This document shows positions 47,476-60,010 of a DNA stretch of 64,000 bases, in pieces. Made by a program: the position numbers and the translations under genes. Source of the DNA: Calcarisporiella thermophila CBS 279.70 (taxonomy: Eukaryota; Fungi; Calcarisporiellomycota); assembly GCF_041956535.1 (NCBI RefSeq), contig NW_027192217.1:348797-412796 (forward strand), read 5' to 3'. How positions within the stretch are numbered: the first letter of the stretch is position 1; each line of letters begins with the position of its first letter. The notes beneath the pieces were generated by a model that was given only the letters and a program-made list of their open reading frames with translations, searched no databases and had not been told where the DNA came from.

Positions 47476-48726
47476 ATGGATCTCAGCAATGGGTACGCGG
47501 ACGGGGTCGATTCGGGTGGCGGGCCAGAGGTTCATATTCGCGAACTTAACGCAGAACATGTTGATTTTGTGCTCTCCAACACAGATCTTAGGTAAAATCT
47601 GCTTGCATTTCTGAACCCAACTCTTCACTTTATCAATCCCCGAACATTGTTTCGAATAGTGTTGCCAATTCACTTCGCAGAGTGATGATTGCGGAGGTGG
47701 CTACAATGGCCATCGATATGGTCGAAATTGATATCAACTCTACAGTTCTAACGGATGAATTCCTCGCGCATCGACTAGGAATGATACCTCTTATATCTAC
47801 TACAGCAGATCGATTTGTGTACACTAGAGTAAGCTCAGGTTGCAGAAGTGAATATCTATCTAGCATTGATTAACACAGGAGATTTGGAATTTAGGAATGC
47901 ATGTGCTCACAATATTGTCAAAATTGCTCGGTGGAATTGACGTTGCACGTGATGTGTAATGAGGACAGAACGCGCGCTGTTACGAGCCGGGATTTGATGA
48001 GCAGCGATCGCACGGTACAACCAGTTGGAAGCGGTAAGAGATCTTGTATCCTCCAGCCCACTGAATCCTCCGAAGCATTTCATCCTTGATCCTTTTAAAG
48101 ATTCGCCTGATAGCCCTGGGGTGCTCATTGTAAAATTGAGAAAAGGCCAGGAGATTAAACTCAAATGCATAGCACGAAAGGTAACCCCTCTCCTCTACTC
48201 CCTCACCTCCATTCATCTGACTGTAATGTTGTCTTTTCCATTAGGGCGTCGCAAAGGAGCACGCCAAATGGAGTCCCGTCACCGCGGTTGGCTTCGAATA
48301 TGATCCGTACAATAAGCTGCGACACACAAAATACTGGGTAGAGGAGAGTGAAGAGAGGGAATGGCCAGTTGGCCGCAATGCAGAGGAGGAAGAACCGCCA
48401 AAGGAGGGTGAAGGTATATGCGAAGTTTGCGATTCATATAGATCTTCTCACATGATACTAACCTGCCTCCCAATGTAGCGTTTGATCATGCAGCCGTGCC
48501 CAATCGTTTCTATATGGATGTAGAGGTAATATAGTCACCGTTTCATTGTGCGATTTGTACGTTAGTCTGAACTAATCATGTTTGACTGAAGACCTCGGGT
48601 GCATTGCGTCCGGAAGAAGTGGTCCTTAAGGGCATACGCGTGCTGACGGAAAAGCTAGGACTTTTACAAGAGAGTTTGCAGGATCGAGAAGGGGGGGCTG
48701 GGGTGGATCAAGGTTGGAGATACTAA
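47476..48726 (+). CDS. RPB3: RNA polymerase II subunit Rpb3, multi-exon
   Basis: [64 protein letters not shown]. Confidence 0.95.
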
Positions 48727-49480
48727 GAGAGTAGGGCTGTGTTTTGATTTTTTTTTCTTATTGTGTTTTGCTATTCATCCTTAAACCAAAATATAAACTG
48801 TAATAATTTTTTTCACTATTCGGTGGCACCTCTATTTTCGCGAGCATTTTACAAAGGTAGCCCTGAATATCCTCTATTTAGCGAGGTTATGGTTGGATTT
48901 TTTTTTTTATATTCTCATTTTTGATAAACTGCTTGGATCGAATGTCAGTTTATATTACGAGAACCTGCATGACAAGTTTAACCCGACTACTGCCAGAGTT
49001 CATCCCTGATTAGAGTTTGAAGCTTACAGTTTTTGGGTTGAGCTTGCAGCCAAGCTTTCATTAAAGTCTTCTATTCGTAGCGAACCAAGTGCAAAGAGAA
49101 GCGCGCATAATAGCTACTTTTCCAGCCATCCAGGTCTATAAGGAACAAGCTTTTGAAATAGTCTCTCTTAGCATCGGAGAGAAGCGAGCCATGGTGACAA
49201 AGGCTCTGCTATGATGAGTTCCACAAAGCTCGCTGTCCTTGCCTTCAGATTCACGACTGAAACGACATAACACAAAGATGGGCTACCTCAACATGGCTCC
49301 TTGTAGCCAAGGGGAGCTCATCATGGGATATAAATGTTGAAACGATTCGACTCTATTTATCGACGTATACTTTTCACGTGATAATAAGAAATCCAAAACA
49401 AAAAGAAAGATATATAAATCCGCAACCGCAGTGTATAATTATGAATAAGTTTAGTGTTATATTGTAGTTTTTGATAGCTG

Positions 49481-50362
49481 TCAGAGCAAAGAGATAATGA
49501 CAAAGCTCCAGAGTGATATAAGTATATATACGGAAGAGCAGGCGTGCACAGATGCCGTTGAACCCATGAAGTCTGACGGCTTTCCGAGTGTGGGGGTGGC
49601 CGTGACAGTGACCACTGCATTCTCGATTAAGGGCTCGCCAGTTGTCCGAGCATCCGCCGCAGATCCCTGAGAAGAGGCGGGCATGGATTTGGGGATCACT
49701 GTCACAACCACGTAAGATGGATGGGCCGCGTGAGACTTCTTGGTGGGGGAGGAGGCGGGTGGGGGTGAATGTGGAGTGGGGGGGCTTCCTGCACCAATGT
49801 GATGGCCATGAGGGTCAGCCATATCCAAGTCGTCTTCATCGACGTCCGTGTCCACCAGGATAGAAGGTTTGTCTTGGTCTCGGCCCAGATAGCCCACGTC
49901 CTTAGCTCTCGACGCCGTAGAGGAGGGAGAGGCATTTGCCTTCCCAGCCGATGGTTCAAATGCGAGCATTAGAGCCGCCGGCCCTCCATCTTCCTCATCG
50001 GTCTCGTCGTTGTCATTGACGTCCCGGCTTGAATCCTCCAGCATGCTCTCCAGTCGCAATGGCTCTATTTGCGATGGTCGGAAAGGCAACATGCTCAGCA
50101 ACGAGCGCCACAGTCTGTTGCGTTTGGGAGAGGTGTTCGCATTCTCGGTTTGATTGAGGCGGGGGGGCACCGCGCTCACACTCGTTGTCGTGAAGGCATG
50201 GCCGGCTGCAGCGGTCATGTTTGCCCGTATTACCGTGGCGACGTCCTTTTTCTTGTTGTTCTTTCGGTGTGCCATCGGGTCCTTTGGGTGTTGCCCCCCA
50301 AGGCACCCCACCAGAAGGGAGAAAAGAAGAGAGAGGGTAAGGAGACGAATGCAGATAAGCAT
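49481..50362 (-). CDS. Secreted low-complexity protein, probable GPI anchor
   Basis: N-terminal signal peptide, S/T/P/D-rich body, hydrophobic C-terminus after small residues. Confidence 0.65.
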   Translation of the reverse strand: MLICIRLLTLSLLFSLLVGCLGGQHPKDPMAHRKNNKKKDVATVIRANMTAAAGHAFTTTSVSAVPPRLNQTENANTSPKRNRLWRSLLSMLPFRPSQIEPLRLESMLEDSSRDVNDNDETDEEDGGPAALMLAFEPSAGKANASPSSTASRAKDVGYLGRDQDKPSILVDTDVDEDDLDMADPHGHHIGAGSPPTPHSPPPASSPTKKSHAAHPSYVVVTVIPKSMPASSQGSAADARTTGEPLIENAVVTVTATPTLGKPSDFMGSTASVHACSSVYILISLWSFVIISLL

Positions 50363-50833
50363 CTATTCTCGACGAGGGGTAGCTTGGTTCAAAGGGAAGG
50401 CGAAAAACGGTGCAAGGGATTCATAATAAAAAGACAACGAGCGTAAGAAATGAACAGATAATTCTTGAATTTGTATATATAACGTATTGGACACATATTG
50501 GAATGCGCCGATCAAGCCTAGATAGGGGGGTTTTCTATTATTGAGCGCGCTCAGGTACATTTTAGCTTAAGGCTGGAAAAAAAGATGCGAGGCGTGGATC
50601 TTACGGGGATGACGCAAAAGGCCTCCGATAAAATTGCAGTAATGTCTCATAATGACAATGTAGGTTTTACAGATGGATCCGGTTGGGAAAAAAAAAAGCA
50701 TGGGCTATCTTTAGAGATGGAATCCTGCGGAAAACTTGGCAGAACGCGAATCGCCAGAACACTGAAAATTAAGCGTGCCCCCAGGATGACAGAAGCCAAT
50801 TTATTTTTTTGTCATTTTTACTCCAAACCATCA

Positions 50834-53298
50834 ATGTCCTACTTACTTTGGAGGTCCGATCGACCGCAGTCACTGGGTCATACCGAATTTAAAGGAACCT
50901 TTTATCAGAGCGAGCGCTCCTACCATACGCTTCCACTCTCCCATGACTACTCATGTGCGGTTGAGACGAAGCTCGAAAGTTACGACTGAGGAAGAGGAGG
51001 AAGAAGAGAATGCATCAGTAGTCAGCGAGGAGGAGGATGGAACCCATTTCATTAATTTAAAGGCATTGCGTAAACCATCACGGCTCCTCCCTTCGGCCGA
51101 AGTTTCCAGAAGTAATCTCGTCAAGTTGCTGTTTTAAACGGGGCGTAGGCATAACATGGAATTTCTTTATCTCTCTAAACCTTAGGCGAAGACGACGAAA
51201 CTGACACCCATTCCTTTTCTACCAATGGCTGGATCACTCCAGGTCGAGCGAAGGAATCCCGCCGTCGCCAAGGACGTCTCCTCCTCGTCTCGCTGCTGGA
51301 GAACTTTTGCATGGTGTATGGGCAAAGCCCGGAGCGCAACCGCAAGCTCTTTTTCACCCTTTGCAAAGCGCTGAGTCTGGTGGGCATTATTGATGAGGAT
51401 GATTATCGTGATGAGATGATAACGGTTCGGAATGCATACCAACGGGCATTTCGAAATTTGGTGCTTTCCGCAATGAATGAGATTAAACGCTTGGGTGAGC
51501 CCAGGCGCTTTTTGACAATGTCTGAGAATAGCGAGAGCCCGGAGACGGGAATGTCCCAAAGCACGCAAGATTCCTATTTCGACTCAAGGTAACATCATGA
51601 TGCTTTGTGCTGGTGCAGTTTGGGCCGGTTTCTTAACCCGTTCGCTTCCAATTCATCACTAGACTCTCGCATTCTTCGGATTCCTACACGTCCGGCACTC
51701 CTTTCTCCGAACGTAATTTTGGCAACATGCTGGATGTGGAATCGAGTCGCTACGGCAACGATTTTGAAGAATTGCGCATCCTGGGACGAGGCGGGTTCGC
51801 CAGTGTCTGGGAGGCGAGGAATCGTTTGGACGGCCGCAAGTATGCCGTGAAGAAGATTCGCTTGAAGGATAGTAAAGTGCAGTTGGACAAGGTAGGCGCT
51901 GGTTGAATCGTTCTTGGGTGGTATTCGCACGGTTAACCCTTGGCTGTCTCATAGATCTTTCGCGAGATCAAGAGCCTGGCTCGCCTCGACCACCCCAACA
52001 TCGTGCGGTACTATTCATCTTGGCTTGAGCACGCCTCCTATGTGGGGAAATCTCACCCGAGCTCAGAAAAGGCTCACGTTTCGTATGTGTCTGAGGGCGT
52101 CTATGAGGAAAATACCCTTGAGAGCCGAATTACCGAGATCCGCTGGAGTGAGATTGACATCAAGGAGGAGGTGGACTACAGCGGGGTCGACTTTGTCGAG
52201 GATTCAGGCAATGCTGCGGTGAGTCGGGGAAGTTCCGCTCGCAATGACTCGTCGGCGTCGTCCTCGCCCTCCGCCTCCACGCACACTCACTCACAGCGCT
52301 CTTCGGATTCCCGCCGGTCTATTTCCAACGCGCCCTATGAGCCGTCGACGCGCGAGCTCACGCTCTTCATCCAAATGCAGCTTTGCCATGCCACCCTCCA
52401 GGACTATCTCACGAATAGAACACGAGTCGATCCACGCGCAAACCGTTCGCTGCTGCGCGGCATCCTTAACGGGCTGGTGTACCTGCACGAGCGAGGCCTG
52501 ATCCATCGAGATATCAAGCCGTCCAATATTTTCTTGGTCCGAAAGGAGGGCGTGGGCGGAGGCATGAGGGCCGAGCACCAGGAGATGGAGTGGGAGTTTG
52601 AAGAGATGGAGGAGCTGGTTCCCAAAATCGGGGACTTTGGGCTCGTATCGGACCATGACTCGCCCTTGACTCCGGGAGGCGAGTTGGGGACCTATATGGC
52701 CACTACATGGCAATCCGAGAGTGAAGCCTCGCCGGGTCCTCAAGGAGATGCTCCACCACCAACGAGGTCTCTGGCCCGCAGATTCTCCAGCAACACCTCC
52801 ACACGCACGTCCGGAATCGGCACGACCAGCTATGCCGCGCCGGAGCAGCTCCTTCGCCGCGACTATGACACCAAGGTGGACATCTATTCCCTGGGCATTG
52901 TTGTGTTCGAACTCTATCACCTACTTACCACGGGCATGGAGCGGGCGCTGGCGTTGAAGGATTTGCGCGAGGGCAAGCTTCCCGAGGAAATGGTGAGGAG
53001 GTGGCCCCAAGAGTCTGCGCTGGTGTTGTGGATGACGGCACGGGAGCCTCAGATGCGCCCCTCCATTCGCGAGGTGCTTGGATGCGAGGTGCTGGATTCG
53101 GCCGACCACCTCGGGGAGTATCCATTTGAGGGCGAAGGGTCCAGAGCCACTCTGGAGTTAAATGGGGCGAGGGAGTCCCATTCGCCGATCGAGCTGGGCC
53201 GGCTGGCCCAGCTGGAAGCGCAGGCGGAGGAGATCAAACGGTTGAGATCTAGAGTCCAAGAGCTGGAGTTGAGGCTGTCTCACTGCCAGTGCAACTAG
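50834..53298 (+). CDS. eIF2-alpha kinase, HRI-like
   Basis: HRI N-domain LLLVSLLENFC...RKLFFTLCKAL; LGRGGFASV, YAVKKI, kinase insert, LFIQMQLC, HRDIKPSNIF, KIGDFGL, T(G)MER; start approximate. Confidence 0.88.
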
Positions 53299-53406
53299 AC
53301 GGGCGCTTCCCTTTTCTTTTTATTTGTCTTTTTGTTTTTCGTTGTTTATTTTCTTGGTTGTTGCTATCTAAATGATATTTCATACACCCTTTGCATGAGT
53401 GCATGT

Positions 53407-53462
53407 GTCATTGACGACGAGCGAGGCCGCCTCTGGAGGAGGCCTCGCCGTCATTCGATGAC
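53407..53462. other. GC-rich hairpin between convergent genes
   Basis: GTCATTGA..GACG.GCGAGGCC.CCTC / GAGG.GGCCTCGC.CGTC..TCGATGAC. Confidence 0.6.
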
Positions 53463-53625
53463 CAGGGCCCTTTAATATTTTTGAAGTAGATGCGGATCTT
53501 TACCTGTCGCCTTCATGCTTCGTTGCCTGGATATAGAAGTCATTTTAATTTATTTGAGTTCTCGTGAAAATGGGAGCGAAATTAAATAAAAGTAAAGTAC
53601 AGACGCATATTATAATAGAGTCAAG

Positions 53626-53627
53626 GG

Positions 53628-53672
<45 letters not shown>

Positions 53673-53673
53673 A
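53626..53673. repeat. (GAAA)n(GA)n microsatellite
   Basis: Direct reading. Confidence 0.9.
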
Positions 53674-53790
53674 AGTAAGAAAAAGACATTGCATTATTAT
53701 TATTAATATTACTATTACTAGAGGGGGTAGATCCTGGACTTGGGCAGGCGGAAAGGGGGTTGGTTCAAGCCGGCTTCCAAGTCATGGTAT

Positions 53791-55476
53791 TTAGCTGGGG
53801 ACGTTCCATTTCCACTGGGGAGGATCCAGGTTGCACGCGCCAGGGTTGCGCACGCACCAGAGCGGCTGCAGCGACTCGGCGGGGACCCCGCGGGAGACGA
53901 GGCGGAAGCGCTGGTCGTTCAACCGGTAGAGGGCGTCGATGGGGTCTTTGCCGTGGCCGGACCACCAGACCTCGGCGGCGGCGGAGGCGCGGGGCCACAG
54001 GAGGGTGTCGACGTTGTACTGGTCGGCCTGCTCGGTCCACATCGCGACCTCACCGCCCAGCACGAGCTTGGCCTCTTCCTCCGTCAGGTTCACGCGGGGG
54101 TTGTGGTCGTAGATGTGCTGCCAGTGCTTGTAGGGGGAGCACCACGACTTGCCGTAGGTGAAGTTGCCGACCCACGGGCCGCGGCCGCAGTCGAAGTAGT
54201 AGTAGCGGTAGGTCGAGTCGATGATCTTGTAGCCGCGCGAGGTCGCGTTCTTGATGTTCTCGGGCTCGTTCCAGATCTGCACCACCACGTCCTTGCCGAG
54301 GTCGATCTCGTGCTTGAGGATCATGTCGTCCCACGAGACGGGCACCCTGCCCTTGGAGCGCAGGAAGGAGTGGGTGTCGTTGAAGAACTCCTTGAGGAGG
54401 CCGTCGATGGTGAGCTGCTTGGTGGTCATGTACTGCTTCACGTTGGGGTCGTTTTCCCAGCAGCCCTTCTGCACCTCGTCGCCACCGCCGTGCACATACT
54501 GGTCGGGGAAGAGCTCCGCGAACTCGGCGAAGATGTCCTTGACCATCTGGCGCACCTGCTCGTTGCCGGGGTGGAGCTGGCCGCTGGGGGGTTCCGCGGC
54601 GTTGTTACTCCAGTCGGGGAGGGCGTTGGGGCACGCCGTCCACTCGGGGTGGGACAGGGTGACGGCGTAGGAGTGGCCGGGCACGTCGAACTCGGGCATG
54701 ACCCGGATGCCGCGCGCCTTGGCGTAGTTGACGATGGTCTTGATGTCGTCCGCGGTGTACACCATGTTGGGGCCGTAGGCGCCCTTGGCGGCGAGCTCGG
54801 GGTATTTGGCCGAGACGTAGGGGAAGGAGGGGGCGTCGACGATGTGCCAGTGGAACACGTTCATCTTGTTGTACGACATCCCGTCGAGGATGCGCTGGAT
54901 GCTCTCCACGGGGAAGTAGTTGCGCGATGTGTCCAGGAGGAGCCCGCGCCACTTGAACACGGGGGCATCCTCGATCTTCCAGGGCGCGCCCGGGATGGTG
55001 AAGGCGTCCGAGTCGCCGGCGTAGTTGACGAGCTGGGAGAAGGTCTCGAGGGCGCGGATGGCTCCGTACTGGGTCTTGGCGTTGATGGTAGCCTGGCCCT
55101 CGGCGGTGATGTCCAAGGTGTAGGACTCGTCCGTCTCAATCCCCAGGTCCTCCGCCGCATTCTCAACCTTGATGGCCACCGTGCTCAGCGATCCCTTGGT
55201 GGCCTTGTCGGTTTCGTTGGCGGCCGCGGCGCCGTTCGGAGCCCAGATATCGGGGACATGGTTGGTGAATTTGGCCTTCATGATGAGGTCCTTGTAGCGC
55301 TTGGCCGCCTCCGTCACCAGGGCATTGTCGCCCGCGATGTCGAATTGGATGCCGCGATCGAGCGAGAGCGTGGTGCTGCCGCGAGTCACCTTTTGGGGCT
55401 TGGGCCAGAGGGCGGTGGCCTGGACCGCGGGGAGCATGGCCACCGCGAGCAGAACAGCGGTGCGAAGCAGATTCAT
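53791..55476 (-). CDS. Secreted beta-N-acetylhexosaminidase (GH20), intronless
   Basis: Signal peptide, LWPKPQ, RGLLLDTSRNY, NVFHWH, PEFDVPGH, catalytic HGGGDE, LGGEVAMWTE, WPRASA. Confidence 0.95.
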   Translation of the reverse strand: MNLLRTAVLLAVAMLPAVQATALWPKPQKVTRGSTTLSLDRGIQFDIAGDNALVTEAAKRYKDLIMKAKFTNHVPDIWAPNGAAAANETDKATKGSLSTVAIKVENAAEDLGIETDESYTLDITAEGQATINAKTQYGAIRALETFSQLVNYAGDSDAFTIPGAPWKIEDAPVFKWRGLLLDTSRNYFPVESIQRILDGMSYNKMNVFHWHIVDAPSFPYVSAKYPELAAKGAYGPNMVYTADDIKTIVNYAKARGIRVMPEFDVPGHSYAVTLSHPEWTACPNALPDWSNNAAEPPSGQLHPGNEQVRQMVKDIFAEFAELFPDQYVHGGGDEVQKGCWENDPNVKQYMTTKQLTIDGLLKEFFNDTHSFLRSKGRVPVSWDDMILKHEIDLGKDVVVQIWNEPENIKNATSRGYKIIDSTYRYYYFDCGRGPWVGNFTYGKSWCSPYKHWQHIYDHNPRVNLTEEEAKLVLGGEVAMWTEQADQYNVDTLLWPRASAAAEVWWSGHGKDPIDALYRLNDQRFRLVSRGVPAESLQPLWCVRNPGACNLDPPQWKWNVPS

Positions 55477-57047
55477 TAGGGGGATCGATTAGACGAAGAT
55501 GGGGATGGGGAGAGAAGATCAGAGGCGATAATGCTGAAGACAAGCGATGAGGCCCCAGCCGACGAACCAAGTGCCAGAGAGAGCGGAGAAGCAAGAAGCG
55601 AAAAAACCCGGCCAGATTAGGGCGGGGGGCAGACTCTTTATACAAACGGGAAAGGGAAGCGTGGAATGAGAAAAAAAGAGTGAGTGAGCACGCGGGGTTC
55701 TTCAGGAACTGTGAAACCAACGTGGAGGTGGAACTCTGCTGAATTTTAGGTTGGTGAATAATCTTCGTTTCGCCCGATACGCTGCGGCTCTACCGATTCG
55801 CTAAGCATTGCTCACACTTTTCTCCTTTCTTTTTCGTTATCCCTGCTCCCCCCCGCTTGCCGCCGCCCTCCTCGTCCACGGCCGCGCGCGGCTAGCCGAG
55901 GGGCGACGTGCGCAGTGCGATGGGCGGCCAGCCACCCTTGGACCAGGGCCGGCGTGCGCTCGCCGCGACCGCGGCGCGCTGGCTGAGGGTTGGCCGGCCC
56001 TCGGGACGCCCGCCGTGTATAGACTTTTTGTCGATATGCATCCGCCAATATTGATTATCAACAGGCGGCGGCCTTCCAGTGCCCGCGCGCAATCAAGGTT
56101 CCAAAGAATTACTCATGGCCAGCGAGCGATAACATGCAAGCCGGTTAGGGTTTTGGGCCAGGATTCGAATTCATGCAGATACCAGATATGCGATATCGCT
56201 GCGAACTCTATCTCCCCCCACCCCTGCAGCCATGGGCGCGAGCCTATTCTCCAATGCACCGGAGGTTGAGGCGTATGGCGCCGAATTATCGATGAGGAAT
56301 CTTCGCTGAGAAAAGGCCGGCGCGAACTAAGTTTGGGTGCGAACGGAAAACTCTTCCCCCGCCGCGGCCGCCTCTCGCCTCCGGGCCGAGCAATCGGGCG
56401 GCGAGCGCCGTCACGAGACCAACGCGCGCCGCGCCGCACCCCATCGCCGCCGCCCGGTCGCCGGCACTGCGGGGTCTGCAATCGCGTGCGGTTCGGCTGG
56501 ACGGGGTGGTCGGATTGCCTTATTCGTCAACCCAGCCGCGTGCCTCTTCCCCGCCATGACACAAAATCACGGCCAATTCCATCGAGTGGTACGGATTGCC
56601 CGCAGTGGCCCTTCAGCCTAGGTGCTACAAGCCTCGGTTCCAATCGAGACTGGGACTGCGCGCTCGACTCCCCCGCAGGGCCTCGGCCGTATGGTTTGCT
56701 GGCGCGCAGCCGCTCTCCAAGCGGCCGGCCACGGCGGGCGTGACTGCGGGGCGCGAATTGGACGCGCAAGAGTGTCACTTTGGCTTGGAGCCTAGTTGAC
56801 ACGCAATGGAAATGGAATTTATGGGCAGGATTTTTTTTTTTCCCAAGGATTCTGGCCGGGGTGGCAAATGTCGCGCCTTTTTTCATCGGAGAGATTTCAA
56901 ATTTCCCACATATTAATGCAATCGAAAAAGTTTTTCACACTTTCCCTTCTGCCCTCCGCTGCCTCGATCTCATTCCTCAAAGGCTCCATTCTCTGACATT
57001 CAAATCATCCCCAATTTCAAATTCGGAACAGCTCCATTCGCATAACA

Positions 57048-58224
57048 ATGCCGCAGCGCACACGCAAGTCCTCCACAACCTCCAAATCAGAGCCCGTCCC
57101 GTCCCCCACCCTCCTTCGCAAGCTGCTGGACCACTATCCGCAGTCCGCCCTCGACATTCTCGGCTTCCCGCGCGCCTCCTCCATCCAGAATCGCGAGCAT
57201 CTGTCCAACGTGCTCTTCAACGCGCTGGTGTGCGCGAAGCTGCTGGGGTCGCGCGTGCCTCACCAGCAGGCGGTGCAAGCCGCAGACGCCTTCGTCCACT
57301 ATGACTGGAGTAAGGTGGCGGGCGCGGAAAAAAAGGAGGCCCACGGGGCGGCCAAGCCGGGAGAAAAACGAGAGCGGCAGAGCGAGACCCTGACCCTCAA
57401 CCCCGCCATGCTCGAAAAGCTGACCACCGACCAGCTCGCGCAGGTGTTGCGCGAGAACGGCTTCGAGAAGTACGAAGATGGGGCGGCCAAGTTCTTCAAC
57501 CAGCTGGCCGAGAACATCAAGCAGGAGCAGGGCGAGGCCGGAGATTTCTGGGCCTGGATGGCTAAAGGCCTGGAGACCAAAGAGGGTGAAGACATGGGCG
57601 CTAAGATGGTCAAGCACATGCGCGGGCGGGTGAGTAGCTTTAAGGGCTTGAGCGACCACGCTGCCGACTTTTGGATTCGGTATGGTTGACATGCGATTCC
57701 CCCGCTCCCCCGACTAAGCTCACCCTTCTAATCTTGCTCTCCCCCTCCCCCTCCCCCTCTCCTTTTCCCTTTTGAATAGTGTGTGCCAGGTGTACCTCTC
57801 CAAACCCATGCTTAGCAAACTCTCCCTCCCCAATGTCGACTATTTCCCCTTCATGGACGATCGCACACGCAAGCTCTTCAATGCCAATTTCCCCCACGAC
57901 AAAAAAGAGGACGGCGAGAAAAGCCGCAAGAAGGGCGAGGAGGAGCGTCGGCTGCTACGGTATATAGTGGGAGGAGAAAAGGAAAAAAGCGTGGAAGCCG
58001 CCAGCGACGACGAACGTTGGATGTTCGTTAGGGCGCTAGACGCAATGGGCTTGTGCGAGGCCGAGAAGAAGTGGAACGAAATCGCCGAGCAAGTGCGTGG
58101 AGGAGGGGCGGCCGTGGGCGGGGAGGCTAAAAAGGGCGAGGCGGTCGAACCTGTAACGAAAAAACCCAAGAAAATCGAGGGCGAGAGTGAGCGGGAGGAG
58201 ATTGCCAAGGTGGTGGAAGAATAA
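57048..58224 (+). CDS. HhH-GPD (endonuclease III/DNA glycosylase)-fold-like protein, 2 exons
   Basis: LFNALVCAKLLGSR..., GFEKYED, degenerate HhH FKGLSDHAADFWIR, PFMDDR; intron ~57680-57779; family call by motif recall. Confidence 0.55.
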
Positions 58225-59226
58225 AATAGGCTCCAACAGCCCAGCTCCATTCATGCTTCATAATACTCCCTTCTCTTTCGTTTTTTTTTTCCCCCTCTCA
58301 TCTGTAAAATAAAGCAGTTTTTTTTGTTTATACAATAAATAAATGGGTTGCAATTTTTTCTTTGCACTTATCCAGTCCCTCTTTGAAGGAGTCCATGGTT
58401 TCCCTTTACGAGACTAAACCATTGAAAGACGCTGATACAGTTATGCAAAACTGCGTCAATAGAAAATAGACCGCATATCTTGAGCGAAGCTGGTTTCTAT
58501 CATGGTGGGAGCGACACGATACACCACAAGTTGCCATACAGAGGTTAGCTCCTGCTCGAGCCAAGAACAAGATTTGTTGTGTGCCGAGAAGACTTTTAGA
58601 AAAGAGCATTGGGTCAGGAGAAAAGAGAAGAAATGAGAAGTGAGGGAGGGTAGATACATAAATAAAAACTTCTACTAGAACTTCTACTGGCTGTTGAATA
58701 TAAGCATTTTAATATCGATAGCCAAATTGCACCGTAGCTGACTTGCTCCAATATGCAGTAGCCAAGATCTGCAGCCATCCTCAACCCAATTGCTGCTTCA
58801 GGGCATATTGAAAGAATTAAAGTCTTCCTATCATACTGAAGGTGGACGGATCCGAATCATGAAAATGGGAGCATGTGTACCTCCTTTATAGAATATCCTA
58901 TCCTATGCCCACAAATCCCTCAAAATAGCCTCTATATATTCATTAGAAGAGGTTATCCAAGTATTGTATTAAATTATCAAGCAAGCATATCAAGGGAGTT
59001 TACATTGATCCACATGCGGAAACTTTATTTTGTTTGTATCTCTCTATTGTAACAGGTAACGAAATGATGGGGGCAAAGCATTTAATATATAGGATATGGA
59101 CAATTGGAATTGGGCTGACGAGCAGGTGGCTGGAGACTTGGTGTGCCCATGCTGGTACTGCGAAACCCGTGTGACGATGTCAAGCTCGCGTTGCTCTACC
59201 TCGAGCCTGCGGAGTATACCTGTTGG

Positions 59227-59835
59227 TCAGCCCACCAAACACCACCGGACCCGTCCTAACATGTCCCGTGTGTATGCCAGTGCCATCCAAGCAATAGCTT
59301 TGATGTCTATGGAATGAAGCGCGGCGAGAGTTCTTAAATTGCGGATGGTATTCATGCCGAAGATCGAACTCTCACCAGGCGCACTAAAAAACACCACAAC
59401 GTCGTCAGACGCTGGTATGTCAGCTAGTACGTGTGCGCAAGAACGTGGCTCTGGCGCAGTGCGGTTCTCGTATATAGTCCACGCGCACTCCAGTCCGTCA
59501 GTTCCTCTGCGTACCCAATGATCCATGGAACTGCCCATGGCAAAAGTGGAAAGTAGGCGATGCCACTGGCTGGGATCGGCGGAACATGGGAGAGTGCTCT
59601 CTGGGAGGTTGACCCCGCAATCGCGCACGTCGCACATCACGCGAGTTGCCCACATGTGCACGTCCTCACCGTGGTTTGGCAGCAGTTGACCGAGGATGCC
59701 GCCACGCCCATAAGTGCGATCTAAGGCTTCAACTGAATCCCAAGTGGTAGGATCGATACAAAGGCCTCCAACGATGGAATCAATGAGCGCCGGAGTGGCC
59801 AATGTAACCCTGTTGGAGATGTTGTATTGTTGCAT
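59227..59835 (-). CDS. Orphan intronless ORF (202 aa), possibly a pseudogene
   Basis: ATG-initiated ORF, more GC-rich than flanks; frame stays open ~60 codons past its TGA. Confidence 0.45.
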   Translation of the reverse strand: MQQYNISNRVTLATPALIDSIVGGLCIDPTTWDSVEALDRTYGRGGILGQLLPNHGEDVHMWATRVMCDVRDCGVNLPESTLPCSADPSQWHRLLSTFAMGSSMDHWVRRGTDGLECAWTIYENRTAPEPRSCAHVLADIPASDDVVVFFSAPGESSIFGMNTIRNLRTLAALHSIDIKAIAWMALAYTRDMLGRVRWCLVG

Positions 59836-60010
59836 TTGTTCGTCTATTATGTGAATGTGATGTTGCGAATGTCACTCAGATGTAATGTGAGTATAATGTT
59901 AATCCGAAGAACCTTCGTCGAATGTGATACTCGTTTGAGTTTGATTTTGCTGTATAAATCATAAGATATATACTGTAGCCTCCATAACGCCGTCACAACC
60001 TTATTCTCCA

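Noticed and set aside
53407-53462. SECIS element
   Set aside because: No GA/GA quartet or apical AA in the right geometry on either strand; no Sec-type TGA in neighbouring genes
53740-55479. 579-aa antisense ORF over GH20
   Set aside because: Shadow frame expected from extreme GC3; no domain features
55808-56886. Several Arg/Pro/Gly-rich ORFs
   Set aside because: By-product of GC-rich intergenic DNA; overlapping in many frames
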